Part shown: in pieces, positions 47,213-57,024 of the stretch
Numbering within the stretch: position 1 is the stretch's first letter
Layout of the letters: every line of letters starts with the position of its first letter
NCBI GenBank assembly: GCA_963768055.1
Contig: CAVYGN010000001.1
Span: 1,184,001 to 1,248,000 of the forward strand
Length of the DNA: 64,000 bases
Source of the DNA: an uncultured Spirochaetota bacterium
GTDB lineage: Bacteria; Spirochaetota; Brevinematia; Brevinematales; JAOACQ01
Reading direction: 5' to 3'
The notes under the pieces: model-generated
The model's database searches: none
The model's input: the letters and a program-made list of their open reading frames with translations, nothing else
Told to the model about the DNA's origin: nothing
Program-made: the position numbers and the translations under genes

Positions 47213-48988
47213 CTATTTATATTCTTCCCTTAAATCATCGAATTCCTTATGCATTTCCTTTTCGACTTCGTCAATATCTGTTAACCGGTCGTTGGGTACG
47301 GTAAGCTTGATGCGGATCATTTTTGGAATGCATTTCATATCGCGGATTGTAAGGATAGGCGCGCCAAGCTTGATAATTTCCTCCGCCCTTTCAAGGAATC
47401 TAAGAAAGATCCTCAATATTTTCAACTGCTTCTCCGGGGTGGAGTAAGTGTCTATTTCATCGAATGCTCCCTGCTGAAGAAATCCGAGCTTGATCAGCCT
47501 CGCCGTTTCCAGGTAAAGCCTTTCGCTGTCGGGCAGCGCGTCGGGTCCTATCAATTTGACTATCCTCAGAAGCCTGTCCTCTTTCTGGAGAATTTCATAG
47601 GTTTTAATCCTGACTTCCCTGTAATCGTTTGCGACATGTTCATCCCACCATGGACGGACATCTTCGACATACTGGCTGTAACTCCTCATCCAGTTTATAG
47701 CCGGGTAATGGCGACTGCTTGCCAGATTTTTATCCAATTCCCAGAAACACCTCACAAACCTTTTCGTGTTCTGGGTCACAGGTTCTGAAAAATCCCCCCC
47801 TGGAGGCGAAACGGCGCCAATCACGCTTATGGAACCCCAGGACCCGCTTTTTGTTTTGACATAACCGGCCCTTTCATAAAACGCCGCAAGCCTTGACCCC
47901 AGGTATGCCGGAAATCCCTCTTCAGCGGGCATTTCTTCAAGCCTTCCGGATAGTTCTCTCAGGGCTTCCGCCCAGCGTGACGTAGAGTCGGCCATGATGG
48001 CGACATCATAACCCATATCCCTGTAATATTCCCCGAGAGTTATCCCTGTATAAATCGAAGCCTCTCTCGCTGTAACCGGCATGTTCGAGGTATTTGCAAT
48101 AAGTATCGTTCTTTCCATTAAAGGTTTCCCGGTCCTGGGATCGATAAGCTTGGGAAAGTCTTCAAGCACTTCCGTCATCTCGTTTCCCCTTTCGCCGCAG
48201 CCTATATAAACTATAACCTGGGCGTCGGCCCATTTTGCAAGCTGGTGCTGAGTTATAGTTTTCCCTGTACCGAAACCGCCGGGTATGCCAGCCGTTCCGC
48301 CTTTTGTTATTGGAAAAAATATATCCACGATCCTCTGCCCTGTAATCAGGGGAATTATCGGCTTGGACCTTTCCAAGATAGGCCTTAAAACTTTTACAGG
48401 CCACCTATGGTATAATTTTATTTCAATTTCCTCGTCTTCATCGGTTTTAACTACGGCAATTACATCGTCAAGCTTATAATCCCCTTCCGGGGCCATCTTC
48501 ACTAAAACCCCTTGTTTTACGTCGGGCTTAATGAGTATTCTATGTTCAATAACGCTTGTTTCCTGCACTGTTCCAAGTATTGCGCCGCCTTCAACCCTTG
48601 TTCCCTCTGTAAGAACAGGCTTAAAATGCCACACTTTCTCCCTGTCGAGGGAAGGTACATTAATACCCCTGCCGATGTAAATTCCCGACCTTCTTTCAAT
48701 TTCCTCAAGGGGCCTCTGGATCCCGTCGAATATATTGCCGATGATTCCCGGCCCCAACTCTACCGATAAGGGGAGCCCGGTGCCGTATACAGGATCGCCC
48801 GGCCTGATGCCGCTCGTGTCCTCATAGACCTGGATGATCGCGATATCGCCCCTGATGCTTAATACTTCAGCAATCAGGCGGTAATCGGATACCTCGACGA
48901 GTTCCATCATCTGCAGCATATCTTCGAGCTTGGCATGAATGATGGGGCCGTTGATTTTTAATATAATGCCCGCTTTTTTACTTTCCAT
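47213..48988 (-). CDS. ntpA: V/A-type ATPase subunit A (catalytic)
   Basis: GGFGTGKT, GCGERGNE, ANTSNMPV, DSTSRWAEA, SPPGGDFSEPVT; no intein. Confidence 0.98.
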   Translation of the reverse strand: MESKKAGIILKINGPIIHAKLEDMLQMMELVEVSDYRLIAEVLSIRGDIAIIQVYEDTSGIRPGDPVYGTGLPLSVELGPGIIGNIFDGIQRPLEEIERRSGIYIGRGINVPSLDREKVWHFKPVLTEGTRVEGGAILGTVQETSVIEHRILIKPDVKQGVLVKMAPEGDYKLDDVIAVVKTDEDEEIEIKLYHRWPVKVLRPILERSKPIIPLITGQRIVDIFFPITKGGTAGIPGGFGTGKTITQHQLAKWADAQVIVYIGCGERGNEMTEVLEDFPKLIDPRTGKPLMERTILIANTSNMPVTAREASIYTGITLGEYYRDMGYDVAIMADSTSRWAEALRELSGRLEEMPAEEGFPAYLGSRLAAFYERAGYVKTKSGSWGSISVIGAVSPPGGDFSEPVTQNTKRFVRCFWELDKNLASSRHYPAINWMRSYSQYVEDVRPWWDEHVANDYREVRIKTYEILQKEDRLLRIVKLIGPDALPDSERLYLETARLIKLGFLQQGAFDEIDTYSTPEKQLKILRIFLRFLERAEEIIKLGAPILTIRDMKCIPKMIRIKLTVPNDRLTDIDEVEKEMHKEFDDLREEYK

Positions 48989-49015
48989 AATTTTCCTCTA
49001 AACAATTGTTCGGGG

Positions 49016-49693
49016 CTAAAGTTCTCTTATAATACCAATGGGTGTTTGCTCCGAGCTCTGCCCAAGGGGATTGTCCCTCAAGACTGCCAAAAGCCAATTT
49101 TTATCTAACGACCTGTCGGACCTTCCCAGAATTTTCCCTCCAAGGTCGTTAAGATCGACAATTACAGCTCGTTCCATAACTTTTCCGGCAATTTCAGACG
49201 CAACTTTATCGGGTTTATCGGGCCCGAGGACAACATAAGAATTATAGGGAGGAAGAGTATTAGGGGTCGGACCGTCGATCGACGAAGCCTTATAACCGGC
49301 GACCCTGTAAAAATCACCCTTTCTTCCAAGAAGCTTCCCTGCGGATCCGATTACCGCTGCGATAAGGATCCTGACAGCGCCGCATTCTTTTAAAGCCATT
49401 TCCATCGTTTCAGGTATCCCAAGCCCTATCCCGTTCGGGGTCTTAGTCACATAATGTGAAAGAAATACGGCAAGGCGGCCGGGCTTGATCTCCTTTACCG
49501 GATATGCCCTTCCCTGCGTAATGGCTACAGCTTTCTCGCTGATAAAAATAATATCTTTCTTTTTTAACGCCGGAAGCGTATATTTTTTTACGACATCTAC
49601 AATGTTGTCTTCCCTGGTGATTACATGAGTTTTTATTGGTAATCTAACATACTTTTTGCCGCTTACGGCTATCTCGGGATTTTTAACCTTCAT
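49016..49693 (-). CDS. Coenzyme F420-0:gamma-glutamyl ligase (CofE-like) family protein
   Basis: IKTHVI, DIIFISEKAVAITQGR, GDFYRVAG, IDG..T.PPY, IVD.NDLG, DNPLGQS.EQTP; RBS AAGGAG before ATG 49693. Confidence 0.8.
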   Translation of the reverse strand: MKVKNPEIAVSGKKYVRLPIKTHVITREDNIVDVVKKYTLPALKKKDIIFISEKAVAITQGRAYPVKEIKPGRLAVFLSHYVTKTPNGIGLGIPETMEMALKECGAVRILIAAVIGSAGKLLGRKGDFYRVAGYKASSIDGPTPNTLPPYNSYVVLGPDKPDKVASEIAGKVMERAVIVDLNDLGGKILGRSDRSLDKNWLLAVLRDNPLGQSSEQTPIGIIREL

Positions 49694-49723
49694 CGACACT
49701 CCTTAACAGGACAAGCTCTCCGA

Positions 49724-50305
49724 TCAGCCCAATTCTTCCGAAATCATTTTAAGAAAAACAGGTCTTTTCCTTTCAAAAATATTTTCAAGAGAATTGTCAA
49801 CATAACTTCCGCCTGAACTGCATATGACTCCGCCGTCTATCTTCACGGCATCCTTAAGGACCAGCTCTCCTTCTCTGAAATCCTTAGCCAATTCGCTGAA
49901 AAGGCCGATATCGTCCTTTGAGAGAGACACCTCTACGGGGATCGAACCTATTAAATCGGCCGACAACCTGACCAGCTTCTTTAGAAAATTCAGGTAGCCT
50001 TCCCTGTTCTGCTTCAATTGCCTGATCAATTCTTTTAAAGATTCTTCAAGGATCCTGTCTATGAGATTTACTTCCATTTTCTGACGGTCTCTGTAAGTTT
50101 CCAGTTCCGCCTTTGCGGTCAGCTTGATCCTTTTCCGTTTTATTTCAGCCGCCAGAACCTCTTTCGCCTCCGACATCCTCTTATCGATTTCTTCAGCAGC
50201 CTCTATGATCCTTTTATCAGTCTCAATTATGGCCGCATTCAGAGACTCGTTATTGAGTTCTTCAGAATCACGGCTGATGTCGTTTAAAATTTCCTTAAGA
50301 CCCAT
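49724..50305 (-). CDS. ntpE: V/A-type ATPase subunit E
   Basis: MGL..IL..I coiled coil, IDGGVI, VDNSLE; operon position. Confidence 0.88.
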   Translation of the reverse strand: MGLKEILNDISRDSEELNNESLNAAIIETDKRIIEAAEEIDKRMSEAKEVLAAEIKRKRIKLTAKAELETYRDRQKMEVNLIDRILEESLKELIRQLKQNREGYLNFLKKLVRLSADLIGSIPVEVSLSKDDIGLFSELAKDFREGELVLKDAVKIDGGVICSSGGSYVDNSLENIFERKRPVFLKMISEELG

Positions 50306-50329
50306 AGGTCGTACCTTCGCCTCTTTTTT

Positions 50330-50635
50330 TTATATCCTTATTCCCACGGCTTCCCTTATATAATCCGCGAGGTTTTTTAAACCCTCGATGTGCCCCTTCG
50401 AATCTGGTATATCAATGACAAGGGGAAGCTCTTTTGAAAATCTCATCTGATTTATCAACTCCCTGGCCCATTCCGCTACTCTTTCCGTTACTACTATCAA
50501 GCCGAAGCTTTTTGATTTCCTGATCTTTTTGATTTCATTTATAGCGTCTTCCTGGTTTTCAATTATCCTGCTTTCCATGCCGGAAAGGCCGAATAAAAGA
50601 GAGGTTTCTTTGTCGCCAAGAACGATCAGTTTCAT
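50330..50635 (-). CDS. V/A-type ATPase subunit F
   Basis: VLGDKET...F.LSG, PLVIDIPD, YIREAVGI. Confidence 0.92.
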   Translation of the reverse strand: MKLIVLGDKETSLLFGLSGMESRIIENQEDAINEIKKIRKSKSFGLIVVTERVAEWARELINQMRFSKELPLVIDIPDSKGHIEGLKNLADYIREAVGIRI

Positions 50636-50654
50636 TCATAATTCCTTTTTATAA

Positions 50655-51122
50655 TTATATTCTTGTCATTATGAGAATAGCTATGACTATTCCGTAAATA
50701 GCGATGCCTTCGCCCATTGCGACAAAGACGATCGCGCTTCCGAATATTTTAGGGTTTTCAGATATGCCTCCGATAGCCGCGGCTCCCGACATTCCTACTG
50801 CTATGCCCGCTCCCAGCGAGCCGATGCCGACGGCAAGCGCAGCCGCTATTAAGCCCAGCCCCGACTGGTCTTGAGCGGGAGGTTTAGTTTCCTGTACCGA
50901 TGTCTGTGTCTGTGCAGATTGTGTTTGCGCATGGCCCTTGGTCACGGCAAGTGATAAAATCCCGACGCTGAGGATCAGGAGTGAAAAAAGGCCGGTCAGG
51001 CCCAACGTTTTAATGAAAGCCCCTTTCATTTTCCCGCTTATATTTTCTTTTTTGTGACACAGATAAATCAGGATAATACCGCCCATAAGCGCAGCGAATA
51101 CGACCAAACCGATAATTATCAT
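50655..51122 (-). CDS. ntpK: V/A-type ATPase proteolipid subunit K/c with N-terminal extension
   Basis: GLGLIAAALAVGIGSLGAGIAVG...ENP...VAMGEGIAIYG single hairpin, preceded by 2 hydrophobic segments and a Q/T linker. Confidence 0.92.
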   Translation of the reverse strand: MIIIGLVVFAALMGGIILIYLCHKKENISGKMKGAFIKTLGLTGLFSLLILSVGILSLAVTKGHAQTQSAQTQTSVQETKPPAQDQSGLGLIAAALAVGIGSLGAGIAVGMSGAAAIGGISENPKIFGSAIVFVAMGEGIAIYGIVIAILIMTRI

Positions 51123-51151
51123 ACTTTCCTCCGCATTGTAATTTATAAATC

Positions 51152-51180
51152 ATTATAAAACTCTTTCCTTTTTATTGCAA
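51152..51180 (-). promoter_or_regulatory. Sigma70-type promoter of the V-ATPase operon
   Basis: Minus strand TTGCAA-17 nt-TATAAT, about 30 nt upstream of the K ATG. Confidence 0.65.
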
Positions 51181-51193
51181 AGGATTTTTTGTT

Positions 51194-51269
51194 CAGTCAA
51201 CAGTCGATAGTCGACAATCAACAGACAGCATAACCGCACTTCAGACTAACGACTGCAGATTGGCGACTG
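51194..51269. repeat. Inverted heptamer array C
   Basis: CAGTCAA CAGTCGA TAGTCGA CAATCAA CAGACAG ... CAGACTA ACGACTG CAGATTG GCGACTG. Confidence 0.8.
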
Positions 51270-51361
51270 ATTATATATCTCATCAAAAGTTCGCAAAAAT
51301 ATTGATGCCCGGTTAAAATTATTATTTGGAAAAGGGGCATTAAAAATATAAGGATAGAATA

Positions 51362-52018
51362 ATGATCGACCTCCATACCCACACTCTGTGGAGTGACGGC
51401 GAACTTATGCCGGCGGAACATGTAAGAAGGGCAATTAAGGCAGGATATGAGGCTATCGCTTTGACGGACCATGCCGATACATCGAATATCGAGGAACTCT
51501 GTAAGGAAAGCGTGCAATTTGCATCAGCCATGAACAGGCTGCAGAATGAAATTACCGTACTGTCCGGTTTGGAACTGACGCATATTTTGCCTGAAGAGAT
51601 CCCGGAATTGACGAAATATGCAAGGGGTAATGGAGTTTTAATTATTGTTGTCCATGGAGAAACGATAACCGAGCCCGTAAGGGCCGGAACTAATATGGCT
51701 GCTATCAAAGCGGGCGTTGACATCCTGGCCCATCCCGGACTTATTTCCGATGAGGAAGTCCGCCTCGCGGCGCAGAAGGGCGTTTTTCTTGAAATTTCCG
51801 CTCGAAGAGGACATTCCCTGACAAACGGGCATGTCGCCCGCCTTTCAAGCCTGCATGGCAGTCCGATGGTAATCGATACGGATTCCCATTCCCACAATGA
51901 TTTTATATCCGATCAAACAGCGGAAAAAATCCTGCTCGGTGCCGGGCTCGACATGCAATCCCTGCCCGGAATATTCCAGAATTCACATGAAATTGTTAAA
52001 AAATCTTTCAATAGATAA
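51362..52018 (+). CDS. PHP-domain protein (histidinol-phosphatase-like)
   Basis: DLHTHT..SDG, TDH, GLELTH, VVHGET, ILAHPG, DTDSH. Confidence 0.9.
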   Translation: MIDLHTHTLWSDGELMPAEHVRRAIKAGYEAIALTDHADTSNIEELCKESVQFASAMNRLQNEITVLSGLELTHILPEEIPELTKYARGNGVLIIVVHGETITEPVRAGTNMAAIKAGVDILAHPGLISDEEVRLAAQKGVFLEISARRGHSLTNGHVARLSSLHGSPMVIDTDSHSHNDFISDQTAEKILLGAGLDMQSLPGIFQNSHEIVKKSFNR

Positions 52019-52033
52019 TCTAAAGGGATAAAA

Positions 52034-53539
52034 ATGGCTTATTCCAATTCATTTTCCCTCGATCTTTTCCCTGAAAAAATCCCCGAAGACCTGGTTTTCA
52101 TCACAGAAAGGCTGAAATCTGAAGGATATGAGGCATTTCTCGTTGGGGGAGCGGTAAGGGATATCATTTTATCGGGTATGAAGAAAAATTCTTATTCCGA
52201 TATGGAGTTCGACTTAACGACAAACGCCGAACCCGAAAAGGTAATATCCCTGTTCAGGAAAAACGGCAGGACCAGGATTTTTACAGTTCCCACCGGGCTA
52301 TTACATGGCACAGTCACTGTAATAATAGTAACGAACGATATCGCTTCCAGCTATGAAGTCACCACATACCGTGTAGACAGCTTTTATAAAGACGGCCGGC
52401 ATCCTTCATCCGTAAGCTTTTCTTCATCATTGACTGAAGATCTTGCCCGAAGGGACTTTACAATCAACGCCCTTGCTTATGATATACAGGAGAAGCAAGT
52501 AATCGATCCCTTTCAGGGGCTCTCAGATCTTAAAAGGAATATAATAAAAACTGTAGGAGACCCCTTGACCCGCTTCATGGAAGACGGATTACGGCCTGTG
52601 AGGGCCTGCCGTTTTGCAGCACAGCTCGGGTTTAAAATCGACAACGGCACTTTCGGGGCTATTCCAAGGGTATTAGAAACTGTAAGAATGGTATCCCTTG
52701 AAAGGATCCATGACGAAATCATGAAACTCATGAAAACCGGAAAACCGTCTATCGGCATTGAATACTTGAGGAAATCGGGCATACTCGAAATATTTATTCC
52801 CGAATTGCTTGAAGGATACAGGCTCAATCAAAATGAGTATCATAAATACGATGTTTACTATCATAATTTATATACATGCGACGCGGTCAATTTGGCAAAA
52901 CCCCAGATAAGGCTTGCCGGTCTTTTTCATGATATAGGAAAACCAAGGGCGCAGTATTTCGCTTCTACGAACGGCAACGGAAATGTGTTTTACAATCATG
53001 AAGTGATCGGTGAAAAGCTGACGGAAAAAATCCTTAAAAGGCTGAAATTCAGCAACAACGACACAAAAAAAATAAAGAAATTGGTAAAGCTCCATATGTT
53101 TTATTATACGGAGGAATGGAGCGACGGTGCCGTGAGGCGTTTTTTAAAAAAACTGAGGGACGATTCCATAGACCTTGACGATCTTTTCGAGCTTCGTAAA
53201 GCCGACAGGATAGGCAGCGGCCTGCGAAGCGGAGATGCTGAGATTCTTGATAAATTTAAAAATCGGATCGAAACTATCATTAAAGAGGACAACGCCCTTA
53301 AAGTAACGGATCTTGACATAGACGGCAATGAAATAATGAAGCGGTTCAATATCGGCCCTTCGAAAATTATCGGGGAAATTCTTGAATATATGCTCCAGAG
53401 AGTCCTTGACAATCCGGATTTAAACAAAAAAGATAAACTATATACTATAGGCGAGGAGTTTCTAAAAAAGAAAGCCGATTCATTAAAAGAAAATTCCTCA
53501 TCAAAAAATCAAACGGATGAAATGCCGATTTTCATTTAA
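52034..53539 (+). CDS. cca: CCA tRNA nucleotidyltransferase with HD domain
   Basis: LVGGAVRD, EFDLTT, EVTTYR, DGRHP, DLARRDFTINA, EDGLR, ERI..E, LFHDIGK. Confidence 0.9.
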   Translation: MAYSNSFSLDLFPEKIPEDLVFITERLKSEGYEAFLVGGAVRDIILSGMKKNSYSDMEFDLTTNAEPEKVISLFRKNGRTRIFTVPTGLLHGTVTVIIVTNDIASSYEVTTYRVDSFYKDGRHPSSVSFSSSLTEDLARRDFTINALAYDIQEKQVIDPFQGLSDLKRNIIKTVGDPLTRFMEDGLRPVRACRFAAQLGFKIDNGTFGAIPRVLETVRMVSLERIHDEIMKLMKTGKPSIGIEYLRKSGILEIFIPELLEGYRLNQNEYHKYDVYYHNLYTCDAVNLAKPQIRLAGLFHDIGKPRAQYFASTNGNGNVFYNHEVIGEKLTEKILKRLKFSNNDTKKIKKLVKLHMFYYTEEWSDGAVRRFLKKLRDDSIDLDDLFELRKADRIGSGLRSGDAEILDKFKNRIETIIKEDNALKVTDLDIDGNEIMKRFNIGPSKIIGEILEYMLQRVLDNPDLNKKDKLYTIGEEFLKKKADSLKENSSSKNQTDEMPIFI

Positions 53540-53551
53540 GGGTGCTTCCGT

Positions 53552-54847
53552 ATGGAGAATACAATGAATGATTATACATTGTTAAGCAGAAAGAGCCTGA
53601 TATCGAAGCTTTCAGAAATGCAGAAAAGATTTGAAGATATCAAATCCATGGGACTGAAACTGGACATGTCGCGTGGAAAGCCCTGCCCGGAACAGCTTGA
53701 TCTGTCTATGGAAATTCTTAAAATCAATGACTTTATATCATCCGATGGAAATGACTGCAGAAATTACGGCATGGTCGACGGTCTGCCTGAAGCCAGGAAA
53801 CTTTTTTCCGAATTATTGGAAGTAAGCGAAGAGGAAATAATAATAAGCGGTAACTCCAGCCTCAATCTGATGCATGATATAATCGCGGCAGCTCTCCTGC
53901 TGGGTGTAAACGGAATAGACAAGCCCTGGCGTTCGGAGGGTCTTCCGGCAGTAAAATTCCTATGCCCCAGCCCGGGTTATGACAGGCATTTCGCAATATG
54001 TGAGCTTTTTGGAATCGGCATGATCCCTATCGACATGAAAAACGACGGCCCGGATATGGATAGGATAGAAAAACTGGTTTCAAAGGATGAACTTATCAAA
54101 GGGATCTGGTGCGTCCCAAATTACAGCAATCCCGATGGAATTAATTATTCCGGCGAAGTGGTGGTGAGGCTTGCCGAAATGGAAACAAAAGCCCCGGATT
54201 TCAGGATCTTCTGGGATAAGGCATACGCGTTTCATCACCTGACTGACACGCATGTAAAAGTTGATAACCTTCTTGAAGCCTGTAAAAAAACCGGAAATCC
54301 TGACAGGGTATTTATATTCGCTTCCACCTCTAAAATTACCTTTGCCGGAGCGGGTATTTCAATGGTGGCTTCAAGCGTGTCAAATATTAAATACCTGAAA
54401 AGGCTTATATCCATTCAGACGATCGGACCTGACAAGCTTAACCAGCTGCGTCATGTAAAATTCTTTAAAAACGCCGAAGGAATTTATTCTCATATGAAAA
54501 AACATGGTGCAATTTTAAAACCCAAGTTTGACGCCGTGTTTTCAATTCTCGAAAAGGAACTGGGCAATAAAGGAATAGCCTCATGGAATAAACCCGACGG
54601 AGGCTATTTTATCAGCCTTAATGTGATGGATAACTGCGCAGGAAAAATCGTCGCTATGGCAGGCGATGGCGGAGCTGTATTCACCAAGGCCGGGGCGACT
54701 TTCCCTTACGGAAGGGACCCGAGGGATAGAAATATCAGGATCGCGCCTACCTACCCCTCGCTGGACGAACTCAGGAAGGCTATTGAACTTTTATGCATCT
54801 GCGTCCAGATCGTCTGTATCCGTTCATTGCTGGAAAAAGAGCCGTAG
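53552..54847 (+). CDS. PLP-dependent aminotransferase class I/II (aspartate aminotransferase-like)
   Basis: LDMSRGKP, PGYDRHF, YSNPDG, ASTSK (PLP Lys), GGYF, IRIAP. Confidence 0.9.
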   Translation: MENTMNDYTLLSRKSLISKLSEMQKRFEDIKSMGLKLDMSRGKPCPEQLDLSMEILKINDFISSDGNDCRNYGMVDGLPEARKLFSELLEVSEEEIIISGNSSLNLMHDIIAAALLLGVNGIDKPWRSEGLPAVKFLCPSPGYDRHFAICELFGIGMIPIDMKNDGPDMDRIEKLVSKDELIKGIWCVPNYSNPDGINYSGEVVVRLAEMETKAPDFRIFWDKAYAFHHLTDTHVKVDNLLEACKKTGNPDRVFIFASTSKITFAGAGISMVASSVSNIKYLKRLISIQTIGPDKLNQLRHVKFFKNAEGIYSHMKKHGAILKPKFDAVFSILEKELGNKGIASWNKPDGGYFISLNVMDNCAGKIVAMAGDGGAVFTKAGATFPYGRDPRDRNIRIAPTYPSLDELRKAIELLCICVQIVCIRSLLEKEP

Positions 54848-54867
54848 GGTATTAGAAGCACCTAAAT

Positions 54868-55719
54868 TTAATTTCTCTTTGAGACCGCTTCCTGTTTTAT
54901 TTTTTTTGCTTCGGCGTCTTTTTTCCTGATATCCTGCTCAAGCTTGTCTTTCCATTTTTCGATTGTTTTTTTCGTTTCCTGGGCCTGTAACTGTTCATTC
55001 AATATAATATATATGCGCAGGAGCAAATTGAGGAATTCTATCCCCTTGTTCATGTCCGTTACACCCATTGTGGTTAGTTCATATTTATTTCTGTATTTCT
55101 GTGCGGCGTTTTCAATAAGTCTTTTGGCCAGCTGGAACAGCTCGTTTATTTCCTTGTAGAAAGGCGTTGTTGGATCGTATACCTGCTGGGCGTAAACCTT
55201 GAAATTTATCATGTTCTTTGTAAGGGCGGCAAGCTTTCCGTACATTTCAACAAACGTCCATTTCCATTTTGAAGTATCGCCTTCAGCAAGCTGGACGATC
55301 GCTATGCAGTAATCTATCTTTTTCAGAAGATTTAAAACTCTTTTAGGATTCAAGAGAGATAGCTTCTCGATTATTTCCGCATTATCGGTAAGGGAGGAAT
55401 CGATTATATTCCCTACTATAGTTTCAAGCATTTTTATTGCCTGGTAAATGTTCTTTCTTGAATTAGTAAGGTACAGGTCGTTTTTCATATCCATAATTTG
55501 AATGCTGTATTCGTTCATTTTAGCATAAACTTTGACTGTTTCAAGATAATTATTACTCGCAGCCACTCTTTTATAAAATGAGACCGTCTCTTTATCCCTC
55601 ATGCCTTCGCGTTCGAATTTCTGGGCCTTTTTCTGGATCGTTTCAACCTTTTCTTTAAGGTCTTTAACGGTTATGTTATAAGCCTCTTTTTTTTCCTTTG
55701 GAATCTGTTTAAGCGGCAT
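54868..55719 (-). CDS. Conserved hypothetical helical protein (spirochaete-type)
   Basis: 283-aa clean ORF, RKNIYQAI..LE.IV, KWKWTFVE, KNMINF, AAQKYR.KYE; family assignment from memory only. Confidence 0.7.
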   Translation of the reverse strand: MPLKQIPKEKKEAYNITVKDLKEKVETIQKKAQKFEREGMRDKETVSFYKRVAASNNYLETVKVYAKMNEYSIQIMDMKNDLYLTNSRKNIYQAIKMLETIVGNIIDSSLTDNAEIIEKLSLLNPKRVLNLLKKIDYCIAIVQLAEGDTSKWKWTFVEMYGKLAALTKNMINFKVYAQQVYDPTTPFYKEINELFQLAKRLIENAAQKYRNKYELTTMGVTDMNKGIEFLNLLLRIYIILNEQLQAQETKKTIEKWKDKLEQDIRKKDAEAKKIKQEAVSKRN

Positions 55720-55821
55720 TTGATTATTAACCCCGACTTTTCTATTTACATTTATTATTATATAATGCTAATATTATAATCGGAATTTTTATGTTTACAA
55801 ATAAAGAGGGGCCTTTTTTTT

Positions 55822-56985
55822 ATGAGTGATAATAAATTTTTCGATAAGATACTTGAAAATATCTCGAGGCTGGACGAAACCAAGATCAAGTCCCTCATGG
55901 AAAACCTGGAAAACGAAAAGCGGATCTATAGGGACGCTCTTGAGAATTCTGAAGAAGCCCTTATAATCGTCAATGAAAATAAGATATTCTTTATAAACCG
56001 GAACGCCAAAAGGCTGCTGATAACTCCGAATGTAATCAATCTTCCCGCATATCCCAATGAATTGAAAAAGCAGGTGGGCAACCAGGATCTTTTCTCTTTT
56101 CTGTTGAAAGCTATGGCAATGAACGATTTTAAAAAAGAATTCGCGGACAGTTCGAGGGAATCAAGGTATTATTTTGTCGAGAGGGTAACGGTTTCCAAGA
56201 ATATTTTCCTTATCAAAGTAAAGGATATTTCAAAAAATAAGGAGATGGAATTCCAGTTGAAAAACCTGGAATCGGTTTCCGCCCTCAATACCCTTGCCGC
56301 CGGAATAGCCCATGAGATTAAAAATCCGCTCACAGCGATTGACCTTCATACCCAGATTTTAAAAAAAGGGATAAACAAGAAGATGATCGAGGTACCTCCA
56401 GAAGTTCTTCAATATGTTCAGATCATTGACGAGGAACAGAGAAGGCTTGGCCTGATCGTGAACGACTTCCTTACTGCCGCCAGGAAACGCGATCTCAAGC
56501 TTACTTTTGAAGATATAAATCAATACCTGAGAGATATACTGTTCCTGATCAAGCCGGAAATAGAAAAAAACGAGATCGGCCTCAATGAGGAATACGAAGA
56601 TGTGCCCAAGATATTTATCGATAAGGATTACCTTAAACAGGCGGTGATAAATCTTTTGAAAAACGCGATGGAATCGATGAAAGCTTCCGTGAACGTTCAG
56701 GCCAAAAAAAAGATTCTCACTGTAAGGACATTTTATGACAATGCGATGGATTCTGTCGGCATCTCTATAATTGACAACGGGATGGGTATCGATAGTGAGA
56801 AAATAAAGAAAATTTTCGAACCCTATTACTCCACAAAAGACTATGGAACGGGCCTGGGTTTGACCATTGTCTATAAGATAATACAGGAACATGGGGGCGA
56901 TATCAAGGTCGAAAGCAGGAAAGGGGAAGGCAGTAATTTTACAATATACCTGCCTCTCTCAAAGGGGACAAAATTGATCTCTTAA
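55822..56985 (+). CDS. Cytoplasmic PAS histidine kinase, NtrB/Hk2-like
   Basis: N-terminal helical segment resembling spirochaete Hk2, PAS-like region, LAAGIAHEIKNPL, NL.KNA, DNGMGI, FEPYYSTK, GTGLGL. Confidence 0.9.
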   Translation: MSDNKFFDKILENISRLDETKIKSLMENLENEKRIYRDALENSEEALIIVNENKIFFINRNAKRLLITPNVINLPAYPNELKKQVGNQDLFSFLLKAMAMNDFKKEFADSSRESRYYFVERVTVSKNIFLIKVKDISKNKEMEFQLKNLESVSALNTLAAGIAHEIKNPLTAIDLHTQILKKGINKKMIEVPPEVLQYVQIIDEEQRRLGLIVNDFLTAARKRDLKLTFEDINQYLRDILFLIKPEIEKNEIGLNEEYEDVPKIFIDKDYLKQAVINLLKNAMESMKASVNVQAKKKILTVRTFYDNAMDSVGISIIDNGMGIDSEKIKKIFEPYYSTKDYGTGLGLTIVYKIIQEHGGDIKVESRKGEGSNFTIYLPLSKGTKLIS

Positions 56986-57024
56986 TCTGCGTCGGAGAAA
57001 TTGACCCCAGGTATTTCATTCTAA

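Noticed and set aside
47213..48988. Possible intein in V-ATPase subunit A
   Set aside because: Length is the standard 591 aa and the P-loop-to-GCGER region is uninterrupted
51218..51897. Minus-strand ORFs of 99 and 185 aa
   Set aside because: Antisense to the PHP gene and partly derived from heptamer array C
56359..56892. 177-aa minus-strand ORF
   Set aside because: Antisense shadow of the kinase HATPase domain
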